This document shows positions 25,626 through 34,985 of a stretch of 40,023 nucleotides of DNA, piece by piece (position 1 is the first letter of the stretch; every line of letters begins with the position of its first letter). This stretch comes from an uncultured Candidatus Saccharibacteria bacterium. GTDB taxonomy: Bacteria; Patescibacteriota; Minisyncoccia; UBA6257; JAKLIH01. The stretch lies in assembly GCA_964350215.1 (NCBI GenBank), contig CAYGJE010000001.1, positions 1 to 40,023 of the forward strand, read 5' to 3'. A model generated the notes under the pieces. That model searched no databases. It was not told the origin of the DNA and worked only from the letters and a program-made list of their open reading frames with translations. Made by a program: the position numbers and the translations under genes.

Positions 25626-25672
25626 TATACAAAAACACCCGCGAAAATCCGAAGGGATTTTCGCGGGTGTTG
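25626..25672 (-). terminator. strong intrinsic terminator after fusA
   Basis: Perfect 16-bp stem ACACCCGCGAAAATCC-gaag-GGATTTTCGCGGGTGT, then a T-run on the minus strand, starting 5 nt after the TAA. Confidence 0.9.
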
Positions 25673-25676
25673 TTTT

Positions 25677-27791
25677 TTATTCTCGCACAGTTGGTTTTCT
25701 GGTTGAAATAATTTCTTCAGCAATATTTCTTGGAACTTCTTGATAATGGCTAAACTCCATTGTAAATGATCCTCTTCCCTCGGTGACTGATCTAAGATTG
25801 GTGGCATAGCCAAACATCTCAGATAGTGGGACTTGGGCATCAACAACTTTGAGCCCCAAACGATCGTTCATCTCTTCGATGCGACCTCGCTTGGAAGAAA
25901 TATCTCCAATGACATCTCCCAAAAATGGTTCAGGCACGATGACTTCGAGTTTCATGATTGGTTCTAGAATAACTGGTTGAGCTTTTAATGCTGCCTCTTT
26001 GAAAGCCATGGAAGCGGCAATCTTGAAAGCAAATTCTGAAGAGTCAACATCGTGGAACGAACCATCAAACAAAGTGACTTTTAAGTCAGATATTGGATAA
26101 CTTGCCAAAATACCTCGCTCAAGTGCTTCTTTTACACCTTTGTTGACTGATGGAATAAATTCTTGAGGAATTGCACCACCTTTGATTTCACTAACAAATT
26201 CAAATCCTTTACCTCTTTCCAATGGTTCAATCTTCAATCATACATGGCCGTATTGACCTTTACCACCAGATTGTCTGATGTATTTGCCTTCAGCTTCCGA
26301 TTTGCCATTGATGGTTTCTCGATAAGCAACTTGTGGCTTACCAGCATTGACTTCAACGTTGAATTCTCTTTTCATGCGATCCATCATAATGTCTAAGTGA
26401 AGTTCACCCATGCCACCAATGATAGTGTCATTGGTTTCTTCATCGGTCTTGACCACAAATGTTGGGTCTTCGTCGACAAGTTTTCTCAATGCTTCGCCCA
26501 TTTTGTCTTGGTCTGTTTTTGTTTTTGGTTCGATGCGTAGAGAAATAACTGGATCAGGAAAAACAATGTTTTCTAGAATAATTGGATGGTCAACATCACA
26601 AATGGTGTCACCTGTTTTGGTGTCTTTGAGGCCAACAGTGGCAGCAATATCGCCTGCCTCGATATCATCGATATCATCTCGTTTGTTGGAAAACATTCGG
26701 ATTAAACGACTAATTCTTTCTTGTTTATTTTTGTTGGAATTTAAAACATAGGTTCCTTTGGTGAGTTTGCCAGAATAGACCCTAAAAAATGCCAATGTAC
26801 CTACATATGGATCAGTAGCAATTTTGAAAACAAGTGCTGCAAAAGGTTCTTTTTCATCGGCTTTGCGTTGAACTTTTTCGCCTTTTTCGCCATCACCTTC
26901 CACAGGAGGTAAATCCAATGGACTTGGCAGAAAATCAACAACAGCATCCAACATCAATTGAACACCTTTGTTTTTAAATGCAGTGCCGCAAACAACAGGA
27001 ACTATTTTGTAGGCAATAACTGATTTACGAAGAGACGCTCTCAACTCTTCTATGGTAAATGTTTCGCCATTGAGGTATCTTTCAGTGAGATTGTCATCTT
27101 CGGAAGCAATTTTTTCTATCAGTTCGTCGTGTCTGGCTTTGGCTAATTCTTGCATATCTTCTGGAATATCAGACAAAGTGACGATTTCTCCATGAGCACC
27201 TTCAAAGGTTACTTTTTTCATTCTCATCAAATCGATAACGCCAATGAAATTTTCTTCTTTACCAATTGGTAATGTGAGAGCAACTGCGTTTGGGGTTAAT
27301 CTTTCGCGGATCATGACTAAATCTTTTTCAAAATCAGCGCCCATACGATCTAATTTGTTGACAAAACAAATTCTAGGAACAGAATATTTGTCGGCTTGTC
27401 TTCAAACCGTCTCTGATTGTGGTTCTACTCCAGCAACACCGTCAAACACAACAACAGCTCCATCCAAAACTCTAAGTGAGCGTTGAACTTCGGCAGTAAA
27501 GTCGATGTGACCTGGAGTGTCGATAACGTTTATTTTGTGTTTAAAATCTTGGTTGTTTTCTCTGTAGCTTGGCACTCAAAAACAAGTAGTGGCAGCAGAA
27601 GTAATAGTAATACCTCTTTCACGTTCTTGTTCCATTCAGTCCATAATAGCTCCGCCATCGTGAACTTCACCAATCTTGTGAGAAAGACCGGTATAAAAAA
27701 GTATACGTTCAGAAGTTGTGGTTTTGCCGGCATCGATGTGGGCAATAATACCAATGTTTCTGACTTTGTCTAATGGATATGTTTGGGACAT
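25677..27791 (-). CDS. fusA: elongation factor G (704 aa, 4 in-frame TGA)
   Basis: [14 protein letters not shown] and NKLD motifs. TGA codons fall at [36 protein letters not shown] and GKGQYGHV-W. Confidence 0.98.
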
Positions 27792-27866
27792 ATTGAAATT
27801 TTAATAATGTTTTTATTGTTAATGAAAACAAAAGTAGCCGCCTAAACGGTTACTTTTGTGTTTGAC

Positions 27867-28331
27867 CTATTTTCCAAAGTGAGCAAATGCTTTATTGGCT
27901 TCAGCCATTTTGTGAACATCTTGTCTTTTTTTGATGGCACTGCCTTCGCCTCTAAAAGCAGATATTACTTCATCAGCTAACTTGCCTGAAATTGGTTTGC
28001 CTTTTTTGTTTCTAGCAAAATTGATAATTCATCGCATTGCTAAAGTCAATCGTCTTCTGTCGTCAACAATGACTGGAACTGGATAGTTTGCACCTCCAAT
28101 TCTTTTGCTCTTGACTTCTAAGGTAGGGCCAACATTGATCAATGCTGTCTCCAACACAAATAAACCGTCGTTTTTTGTTTTTTCTTCTATGATAGAGAGC
28201 ATTTTGTAGATGTTGGTTCTAGCAACACTTTTTTTGCCGCACTCCATTATCATATTGATAAACTTGGTAACAACACGACTGTTGTATTTTGAATCAGGGT
28301 TATATTTTTTTTCGTCTACAACTAAATCCAT
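27867..28331 (-). CDS. rpsG: 30S ribosomal protein S7 (154 aa, 1 in-frame TGA)
   Basis: ..RRRLTLAMR-W-IINFARN.. and ..DVHKMAEANKAFAHF. TAG stop at 27867. Confidence 0.95.
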
Positions 28332-28354
28332 AATTTAAACTTTAAATTTGTTAA

Positions 28355-28768
28355 TTATTTCTTGGCCTTTTTGGCACCATATTTGCTTCGTCCTTGTTTA
28401 CGACCGTCAACTCCAGTGGCGTCATATTTTGCTCTCACAATGTGATATCTGACACCTGGTAAATCTTTAACACGTCCTCCCCTCACCAATACCACTGAGT
28501 GCTCTTGTAGGTTGTGGCCAACGCCTGGAATGTATGCTGCGATTTCATCACCGTTGGACAATTTTACACGAGCGACTTTTCTTAGAGCTGAGTTTGGTTT
28601 TTTTGGCGTGGTGGTAAAAACTTTGGTGCAGACCCCTTTTTTTAAAGGAGAATCGTATGGGGTTGGTTTATTTTTTTTGATATTAAAACCTGCTTTCAAC
28701 GCTCTGGCGTTTTTGTTGGTTTTAACTTGGGTTCTACCTTTTTTGACTAATTGATTGATAGTAGGCAT
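28355..28768 (-). CDS. rpsL: 30S ribosomal protein S12
   Basis: [18 protein letters not shown] and [15 protein letters not shown] motifs. Confidence 0.97.
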   Translation of the reverse strand: MPTINQLVKKGRTQVKTNKNARALKAGFNIKKNKPTPYDSPLKKGVCTKVFTTTPKKPNSALRKVARVKLSNGDEIAAYIPGVGHNLQEHSVVLVRGGRVKDLPGVRYHIVRAKYDATGVDGRKQGRSKYGAKKAKK

Positions 28769-28812
28769 AGGTTTTAAATTAAAAAAATGATTAATTGATT
28801 AGTAAATAAATT

Positions 28813-29418
28813 TTATCTCTTTCTTCATTGAGGAGCTCTTCTAGCTTTGTGAAGACCGTATTTTTTACGTTCCACAATACGAGAGTCCCTAGTGAGTAAG
28901 TCATTTTGTCTCAAAAGCTTTTTGTTGTTTTCGTCTAACTTGACTAAACATCGGCTAATACCCAAACAAGATGCATCGCTTTGAGCGTTGAGTCCACCTC
29001 CAACTACTTTGATAGATACACCGAAGCGGTTGAGGTTGTCGGTGAGACGAAGTGGTAAAACCAATCTATCTTGAAGAGTTTCATTTTTGAAATAATCGGC
29101 TAATGTTTTGCCGTTTATTGAAAATCCAGTATCTGTCAAATAAATTCGCACTCTGGCAATAGATGTTTTGCGTCGGCCAACTCCTTCGATATATTTGCCT
29201 TTAAATTCTTTGATGTCTTTTTTGGCTTCTTTGAGTAGTGGATTTGCTGCCTTTTCTCTTTTGACGACAGCTTTTTTCACTACATCATTGATGTTGGAAA
29301 TTTCGCTAACAGAGCTTTCAGCTTTTGATTTTTTGACAACTTTTTTGGCAACTTTAGGGGCAGCTTTTGTGCCCTTCTTTGCAACTGTTGTTTTTGTTGT
29401 TTTCTTGACTGGTGACAT
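28813..29418 (-). CDS. rpsI: 30S ribosomal protein S9 with about 70-aa Lys/Ala-rich N-terminal extension (201 aa, 1 in-frame TGA)
   Basis: GRRKTSIARV and VKVVGGG motifs. C-terminus KARRAPQ-W-RKR (usually ..RRPQFSKR). TAA at 28813. Confidence 0.93.
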
Positions 29419-29425
29419 AATTTAT

Positions 29426-29803
29426 TTATTTAACAATTAAATTTTTTAAACGCTTGTCTCTCAAAGTGTTTTTAGGCAACATGCCTCTGACCATGTCTTT
29501 GAATGCTTTGACAATGTCTCTGTTCATTTTGGTTTGAAGTGTTTCGGTTTTGAGGTTGCCGATATAACCAGTTCAGCGATGATATTTTTTGTCGGTTAAT
29601 TTTTTGCCGGTTACTTTGGCATCTCTAATATTGGTGACTGTGACAACAGTGTTACCAAGTTTGTGAGGATAATAATCGGCAGTTGCTTTGCCTTGTAACA
29701 ATATAGCAACTTTGCTAGCCACACGTCCAATGGACTGGTCTTTGGCATCAATATTTACCTCTCTTCGTATTTGTCCGTTTTGTAATTCTTTTATCTTGTC
29801 CAT
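29426..29803 (-). CDS. rplM: 50S ribosomal protein L13 (125 aa, 1 in-frame TGA)
   Basis: Start MDKIKEL. Motifs ..D..DQ.LGR.AS.VA..L.GK and KKYHR-W-TGYIGNLK..MLPKN. Confidence 0.9.
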
Positions 29804-29810
29804 ATTGTAA

Positions 29811-30164
29811 TTATTTAACCAATTGTAATATAACCATGTGACTGGCATCTTTTAATCGACGTTCTGCCAATTTGATTATGCGAGTGTATCCCCCATTTCG
29901 ATCTTGATATTGTTTGGCAATATCATAGTAGAGTTTGTTTGCTGATTTTTTAGGAAGCTTTGAGAGTAACAATCTTAAAGCAGCAATGTCTTGTTTCTTT
30001 GCCTTGGTGATCAATTTTTCAACATAAATTTGAGCTGCTTTTGCTCTAGCGGGTGTTGTTTTGATTGATTCATAAGTAATGAGATTGTTGGCCAATATCT
30101 TTACCATGGCATGTCGTTGGTCTGTTTTTTTGTGTAGTGTTATTTTTTTCTTTAGATGTCTCAT
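29811..30164 (-). CDS. rplQ: 50S ribosomal protein L17
   Basis: MRH..K...L......R.AM...L...L......I.TT..RAK motif. Downstream of rpoA. Confidence 0.93.
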   Translation of the reverse strand: MRHLKKKITLHKKTDQRHAMVKILANNLITYESIKTTPARAKAAQIYVEKLITKAKKQDIAALRLLLSKLPKKSANKLYYDIAKQYQDRNGGYTRIIKLAERRLKDASHMVILQLVK

Positions 30165-30184
30165 AATATTATTTTATATACTGT

Positions 30185-31114
30185 TTACTTTAATGATAGG
30201 CCTTGCTCTTCTAAGAATTTTTTAAGTTCGCAAAATGTTTTGTCGCCTAAACCTTCTAAGCATTGAACGGTGTCTTCTTTTTGTTTTAAGAGTTTGCCCA
30301 ATGTTTTAATTTTGTTTTCTTTAAGACAATTGATAGCTCTGGTTGGCAATGGTAGATCTTCTATTTTGGTGTCAACATCAAATGTTCCTGAAGTGACAAC
30401 ATCGTTGGTGGTTGGTTCAACTATTTCTTTTTCTGATATTTCGTCTGATACTCAGGCAAAGTGTTGTGCCAAAATGCTGCTAGCTTGTTCTAGGGCTTCT
30501 TTAGGAGTGATTGAGCCATCGGTTTCTATTTCTAGGACCAATCTGTTGTAGTCAACTCTTCCTTTTAAACGCATTTCCTCGGTGTCGATTTTGACTCTGA
30601 CTACTGGAGAAAAAGCTGAATCCACTAAAATGCTACCAATTGGGGTTTTGTCTTTTTTGGCTTCTTCGAGTGTTCTGTAGCCCCACCCTTTTTCGATAGT
30701 TACTTCGATTTCTAACTCGGCTTTTTTATCGGTAAGTGTGGCTATTTTGAGATCTTTATTTTGAATTTCAACTTGTGGGTTTTTTTCAAAATCTTTGGCA
30801 GTAATTTCTTTCTCACCTTTAACAACAAGATTGAGCACTTGTGGCTCGTCGGTAAACAACTTGACTCTCAAACCTTTGAGATTTAATACGATATCTAACA
30901 CTGACTCATACACACCCGGAAGTTCGCTAAACTCATGTGGAGCATTTTTGATTTTTATCATGGTAACAGCTGCTCCTTCTATGGAGGATAGCAAAACCCT
31001 TCTTAAGGCATTGCCAATGGTGATGCCGTAATTTGGGTAAAGACCTTCGATTTCAAATACACCGGTGTTATCGGCGATTTGTTTTTGTTTTATTTCTATT
31101 GGAAGAGATATCAT
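30185..31114 (-). CDS. rpoA: DNA-directed RNA polymerase alpha subunit (309 aa, 1 in-frame TGA)
   Basis: GNALRRVLLSS N-terminal-domain motif. After TGA 30452 the C-terminal domain reads ..IEDLPLPTRAINCLKENKIKTLGKL... Confidence 0.95.
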
Positions 31115-31142
31115 ATTTGTTTTGATTAGTTGTTTATTAATT

Positions 31143-31772
31143 CTAGCGAGAGAAGAACTCTACGATAGTTTCAAAATTGAATGGCAAGTTTAAGTCAGCA
31201 ATGTTTGGTTCTTGTGACAATTTGACAGTCAATTTTTCCAAGTCAATTTTGATGTGGCTTGGTGCCTTTTTCTTCAAAACACTTTCTTTGATATTTTTGA
31301 AATCTTCGATTGTTTCTGATTCTTTTCTGATGCCAATTTCGTCATTTATTTTCATAAATGTTGAGGCAATATTATGACGACGGCCGTTTAACATAAAATG
31401 ACCATGGTTGATAAGTTGTCTGGTTTCTTTTTTGGATTTGCCAACGCCAGCCAAAAATAAAATATTGTCCATTCTTTTTTCTAAAAGTTTGGCTAAATTA
31501 TCTGGAGTGGATCCAGTGGTTTTCTTGGCTTTTTTGAACAAATTGGACAATTGGGTTTCATTGACACCATAAAACAATTTGACTTTTTGTTTTTCAAATA
31601 ATTGTTTTTGGAAGTTGGACATTGCCCGTTTGTATTGTCTTTTTTGCTTTGTGCCTCCTGGAGGATATGGTCTTTTATTGAGAGTGCATTTTTCAGAATA
31701 ACACTTGTCCCCTTTTAAGAACAACTTTTGAGCATAAGCGCGACATTTTTTGCATTTTGCATCTATTTTCAT
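31143..31772 (-). CDS. rpsD: 30S ribosomal protein S4 with N-terminal Cys cluster (209 aa)
   Basis: Start MKIDAKCKKCRAYAQKLFLKGDKCYSEKC. S4-domain RLDN..F..G......ARQL..HGH. The track ORF start at 31874 overlaps rpsK, so I rejected it. Confidence 0.93.
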   Translation of the reverse strand: MKIDAKCKKCRAYAQKLFLKGDKCYSEKCTLNKRPYPPGGTKQKRQYKRAMSNFQKQLFEKQKVKLFYGVNETQLSNLFKKAKKTTGSTPDNLAKLLEKRMDNILFLAGVGKSKKETRQLINHGHFMLNGRRHNIASTFMKINDEIGIRKESETIEDFKNIKESVLKKKAPSHIKIDLEKLTVKLSQEPNIADLNLPFNFETIVEFFSR

Positions 31773-31806
31773 ATAAAACGATTTAAAAAAATTTTTGGTT
31801 AAAATA

Positions 31807-32271
31807 TTATACTCTTCTGGCTTTTCTTGGTCTGACACCGTTATGAGGAATTGGAGTAACATCCAACACCGCATAAATATTTAATCCGGCTTGACCGCCA
31901 TAGTTGATAAGTGTTCTCAATGCTGTTTCACGACCACGTCCCACACCTTTCATGCGGACTTCCACGTTGAGTGGTAAACTCTTTTTTATCTTTTCTATCA
32001 ATGCCTCGGCTACTTTTGATGCAGCAAATGGAGTTGATTTTTTGGTACCTTTAAAACCAGTGCTTCCAGCTGTGGATGTGGCAAAAACATTACCTGATTC
32101 ATCGGCAGCTTGAATAATTGTGTTGTTGAAAGAAGCGTTTATAAACATAATGCCTCTTTTGGCGCCTTTGAGTGCATCAAATTCTTTTGATGCTGCGTTC
32201 TTGATAGTGGCATTTATCTTGTCGGCTTCGTCAGTGGTGGAAGCTTTTGATATAACTCTAATTTTTCCCAT
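31807..32271 (-). CDS. rpsK: 30S ribosomal protein S11 (N-terminally extended)
   Basis: ..INASFNNTII.. and DVTPIPHNGVRPRKARRV C-terminus. Confidence 0.95.
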   Translation of the reverse strand: MGKIRVISKASTTDEADKINATIKNAASKEFDALKGAKRGIMFINASFNNTIIQAADESGNVFATSTAGSTGFKGTKKSTPFAASKVAEALIEKIKKSLPLNVEVRMKGVGRGRETALRTLINYGGQAGLNIYAVLDVTPIPHNGVRPRKARRV

Positions 32272-32306
32272 AGTGACTTGTTAAAATATAGTTAATTAAT
32301 GGATTG

Positions 32307-32696
32307 TTATTTTGGTGTGGCAGCTTTTGCTCTACCAGAGCCAAGTGACTTACGAACATTGCCTCTCACGGTTCTGGTGTTGGTTTTGGTTCTTTGCCCT
32401 CTAACTGGCAAATGTTTGGTGTGTCGACTGCCTCTGTAACTGCCTATTTGAACTAATCTTGTAATATTTTTTCTCTCTTCTCTGCGCAACTCGTTTTCAA
32501 CAGTAAAGTTCTTTTCAATGAAATCTTGAATTTTTTTCAATTCGTCGGGTGATAAGTCCTTGGTTCTGATGGTTGGATCAATTTTGAGCTCAGCAAGTAT
32601 TTGCTTTGCCTTTGGAAGACCAATGCCATAGATATAAGGCAATGAGTATGCTATTGTTTTTGTGTCTGGAATGGTTATACCGAAAATTCTGGCCAT
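32307..32696 (-). CDS. rpsM: 30S ribosomal protein S13
   Basis: MARIFGI.IP and YRG.RH...LPVRGQRT.TN motifs. Confidence 0.96.
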   Translation of the reverse strand: MARIFGITIPDTKTIAYSLPYIYGIGLPKAKQILAELKIDPTIRTKDLSPDELKKIQDFIEKNFTVENELRREERKNITRLVQIGSYRGSRHTKHLPVRGQRTKTNTRTVRGNVRKSLGSGRAKAATPK

Positions 32697-32773
32697 ATTG
32701 CTAAATTTTATGCTACGCGTTTGTTTTTGATTAAAACAGTGCGATATTTGTTAAAAAATTGGTTATTGAAAAA

Positions 32774-32890
32774 CTAACCTTGTCGTTGCTTGTGTTTTGG
32801 ATTCTTTGAGCAGATAACTCAAACACGACCTTTGCGACGAATGGTTTTGCAATCACTACATATTTTTTTGACTGAAGCTTTTACTTTCAT
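32774..32890 (-). CDS. rpmJ: 50S ribosomal protein L36 (38 aa, 1 in-frame TGA)
   Basis: Hand translation gives [38 protein letters not shown]. Confidence 0.92.
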
Positions 32891-32920
32891 TTTTTTGTGT
32901 TTATTGTTTTTTTCAAAATA

Positions 32921-32951
32921 ATATTTGTTAATTTGTTCAATTAACAAATAT
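32921..32951 (-). terminator. AT-only 13-bp hairpin after infA (weak terminator or processing site)
   Basis: ATATTTGTTAATT-tgttc-AATTAACAAATAT, 20 nt after the infA stop. Confidence 0.35.
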
Positions 32952-32970
32952 GTTAAACTTATTAAGCTCG

Positions 32971-33201
32971 CTAGTATCGATAAACAATGCGCCCACGCTT
33001 CTGGTCGTATGGGGTCATTTCTATCGCCACCTTGTCTCCGACAAGAATTTTGATGAAATGCATCCTCATTTTGCCTGATAAATAGGCCATTATTTCGCGA
33101 TCATCGTCTAACTTTACTTTAAAGTTTGCAGATGGCAACGACTCAATAACAACGCCATCCAAACGGATAGTGTTGCTTTCATTTTTGCTTGTTGTTTCCA
33201 T
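32971..33201 (-). CDS. infA: translation initiation factor IF-1 (76 aa)
   Basis: ..G.V.E.LPNA.F.V.L.....I.A..SGKMR...I.I..GD.V..E..PYD..RGRI.YR motif. ATG 33201 chosen because the promoter lies inside the longer track ORF. Confidence 0.93.
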   Translation of the reverse strand: METTSKNESNTIRLDGVVIESLPSANFKVKLDDDREIMAYLSGKMRMHFIKILVGDKVAIEMTPYDQKRGRIVYRY

Positions 33202-33208
33202 GTTTATT

Positions 33209-33237
33209 ATATTACTATAAAAAGTTAAATTAGTCAA
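33209..33237 (-). promoter_or_regulatory. infA promoter GGGTATTGACT-17-TAATAT, only 7 nt from the ATG
   Basis: TTGACT 33232-33237, TAATAT 33209-33214, ATG at 33201. Confidence 0.65.
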
Positions 33238-34840
33238 TACCCAGGTAGATTTTTTGAAAATTGCCTGGAACAGTGCTTATTCAGAATGGCCAGAGCTTCA
33301 TGGTGACCTTTTCCACTCCTTTTGTTTGGAGCAAAATATCTTTTACTTGATTCATCTTTTTGCCCTTTACACTATTGAATATATCACTGGCTTCAATTTT
33401 CTTTTTTGTGGGATATGACACGCTCAAATTTATTTCGACTTGCTTTTCTTTGTCATTTAGCTTGATGCTATTGATGGCTTCTTCTGGAGTGCTAAAAAGC
33501 TCTTCATCTTCTGAAAGCCCTTTGGCAATATTATTTTTTAACACATTTTGATAATCGGTTTTTGAAAATACTGTTGCTCTTGCCTCCCCTTTTATTTCTA
33601 CAGTAAATTTGTCTTGGCTGGCACCCACTTTAGCAGAAGCAACTGGAGATCCAACTTGTTTTACTATTATATCAGAAAATGTTTTTTCATGGGAAGCGAT
33701 TTGCGCTTCTATTTTTGTTTTGAAATCGGTAAATAAAATTTCACTAATTTCTTTGGTGGCGTTTTGAATATCTGCTTCAGACACAACCACTGATTCACCA
33801 CTACTTCCTCCAGCGAACTTTTCTACACTTTCAGCATAAAACCCATCAAATCTTTCTGTGCCTTTAAATCCTGGAATAGTAAATCGAACTTTGTCGATGT
33901 TGTAGGCCTCGCCATTTTCTTCAGCAGTAACTGTGACCTCAATGGAACTTTTAGATAGATCTCCGTTTTTGATGGTGCCACCAGGAACAGTAACTCGATT
34001 GTCCAATCGAAAAATCAAGCCATCTGGACTTTCAAATCTTGTGTTTGGCACCAATATTTGAGGAGAAGTATTAAAAGCATTGTAAATGATTATCTTGCCT
34101 CTTGCTTTAGCTCCACCAGAAACCTTACCAGTGGCATTAAACTCTTTGGAAGCACTGGCTTCTACTTTTATTTCCCTACCCTTGATAATGTTTTTATCGA
34201 TGTTGGATGCTTCTATACTAGAATCAACGATAATTTTGCCAGAATATTCAATGGAGCCCTTTTCACTGATAATGTTGATGGTGGCTCTATTGAAAACAAA
34301 AGATGCTAGTGCTACTCCACCAACCATTAACACCCCTGCTGCTGTGGCTAGGGTTAAGAATTTTTTCTTGAAACCCAAAGATGTTCTTGGTTTGTAGTTT
34401 TTGACTTTTATTTTTTCTTCTTTTTTGCCGATCTTAGCAACTTTTTCTTTTTTGACTACTCTTTCTCTTTTTTTGAAAAAAGAAAAACTTATTCGCCTTT
34501 TATTGGCCTTTTTCTTTTTTGGCTCTAGCACAGGTTCTTCCACATATTCTATTTCTTCCACCTCTTCGTATTCCTCTTCTTCATCTGCTGGCTCTTGTTG
34601 AACAATAGATGGAATTTGGCTGTAGGCAAAATTCTCTTTTCTAATAGGAATAGAAAAATTTGTTTTTTCTTCTTCCTCTTCGACAGCTTCTTCGCTGCAA
34701 GGCAAATAAATATCCAAATACAAATCGTCTTTGGAAGACACTTTTGCTTTTGTGGTTTTTTTGATTTTAGTCACGGCTATTTTTTTATTTTTTATATAAG
34801 CTATTATATAAAGTATAGTAAAAAAGAAAGTAAATGTCAA
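33230..34840 (-). CDS. large membrane-anchored extracytoplasmic protein (about 515-536 aa, 1 in-frame TGA). Start uncertain
   Basis: Acidic/Lys-rich N-terminus, single TM helix (LTLATAAGVLMVGGVALASFVF), long beta-rich region. TGA 33281 is read through (..KLWPF-W-ISTVPGNFQKIYLGID) to the TAA at 33230. A TTGACA-17-TATACT box at 34805-34833 suggests a later start such as GTG 34774. Resembles CPR proteins sometimes labelled baseplate J-like, recalled from memory only. Confidence 0.6.
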
Positions 34841-34923
34841 TGCGTTGTCATGGGTATGCGGGCTTCTTTTTTAACTTTTGATTATAGATTTGACATTTGA
34901 TTTAGTTTTTGTTTCGCATTCCA

Positions 34924-34979
34924 TTTAGAATATTAGGTTATTTGTTTAGAATATTGGGTTATTAGATTATTAGAACATT
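34924..34979. repeat. tandem TTTAGAATATTrGGTTATT boxes (2 full copies plus 1 partial)
   Basis: 19-bp units at 34924-34942 and 34945-34963 (1 mismatch, 21-bp period). Partial TTAGAACATT at 34970-34979. Confidence 0.8.
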
Positions 34980-34985
34980 GTCTTC

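Noticed and set aside
25380-25640. Possible island attachment site or duplicated tuf promoter (GTCAATATGCTGG at 25514 versus GTCAATACCCTGCTG at 13220).
   Set aside because: The similarity is limited to the shared TATTGAC promoter box plus a few bases. That is insufficient to claim direct repeats at the island borders.
25559-25846. 95-aa minus-strand ORF overlapping the fusA 3' end and its terminator.
   Set aside because: It is in a different frame from fusA, spans the 16-bp terminator hairpin, and has no start context. Spurious.
34775-34840. ATG/alternative start at 34840 for the large membrane protein (MTFTFFFTILYIIAYIK...).
   Set aside because: A TTGACA-17-TATACT promoter lies inside these codons, so a start at or after GTG 34774 is more likely. 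I kept the outer coordinate in the feature but flagged it as uncertain.
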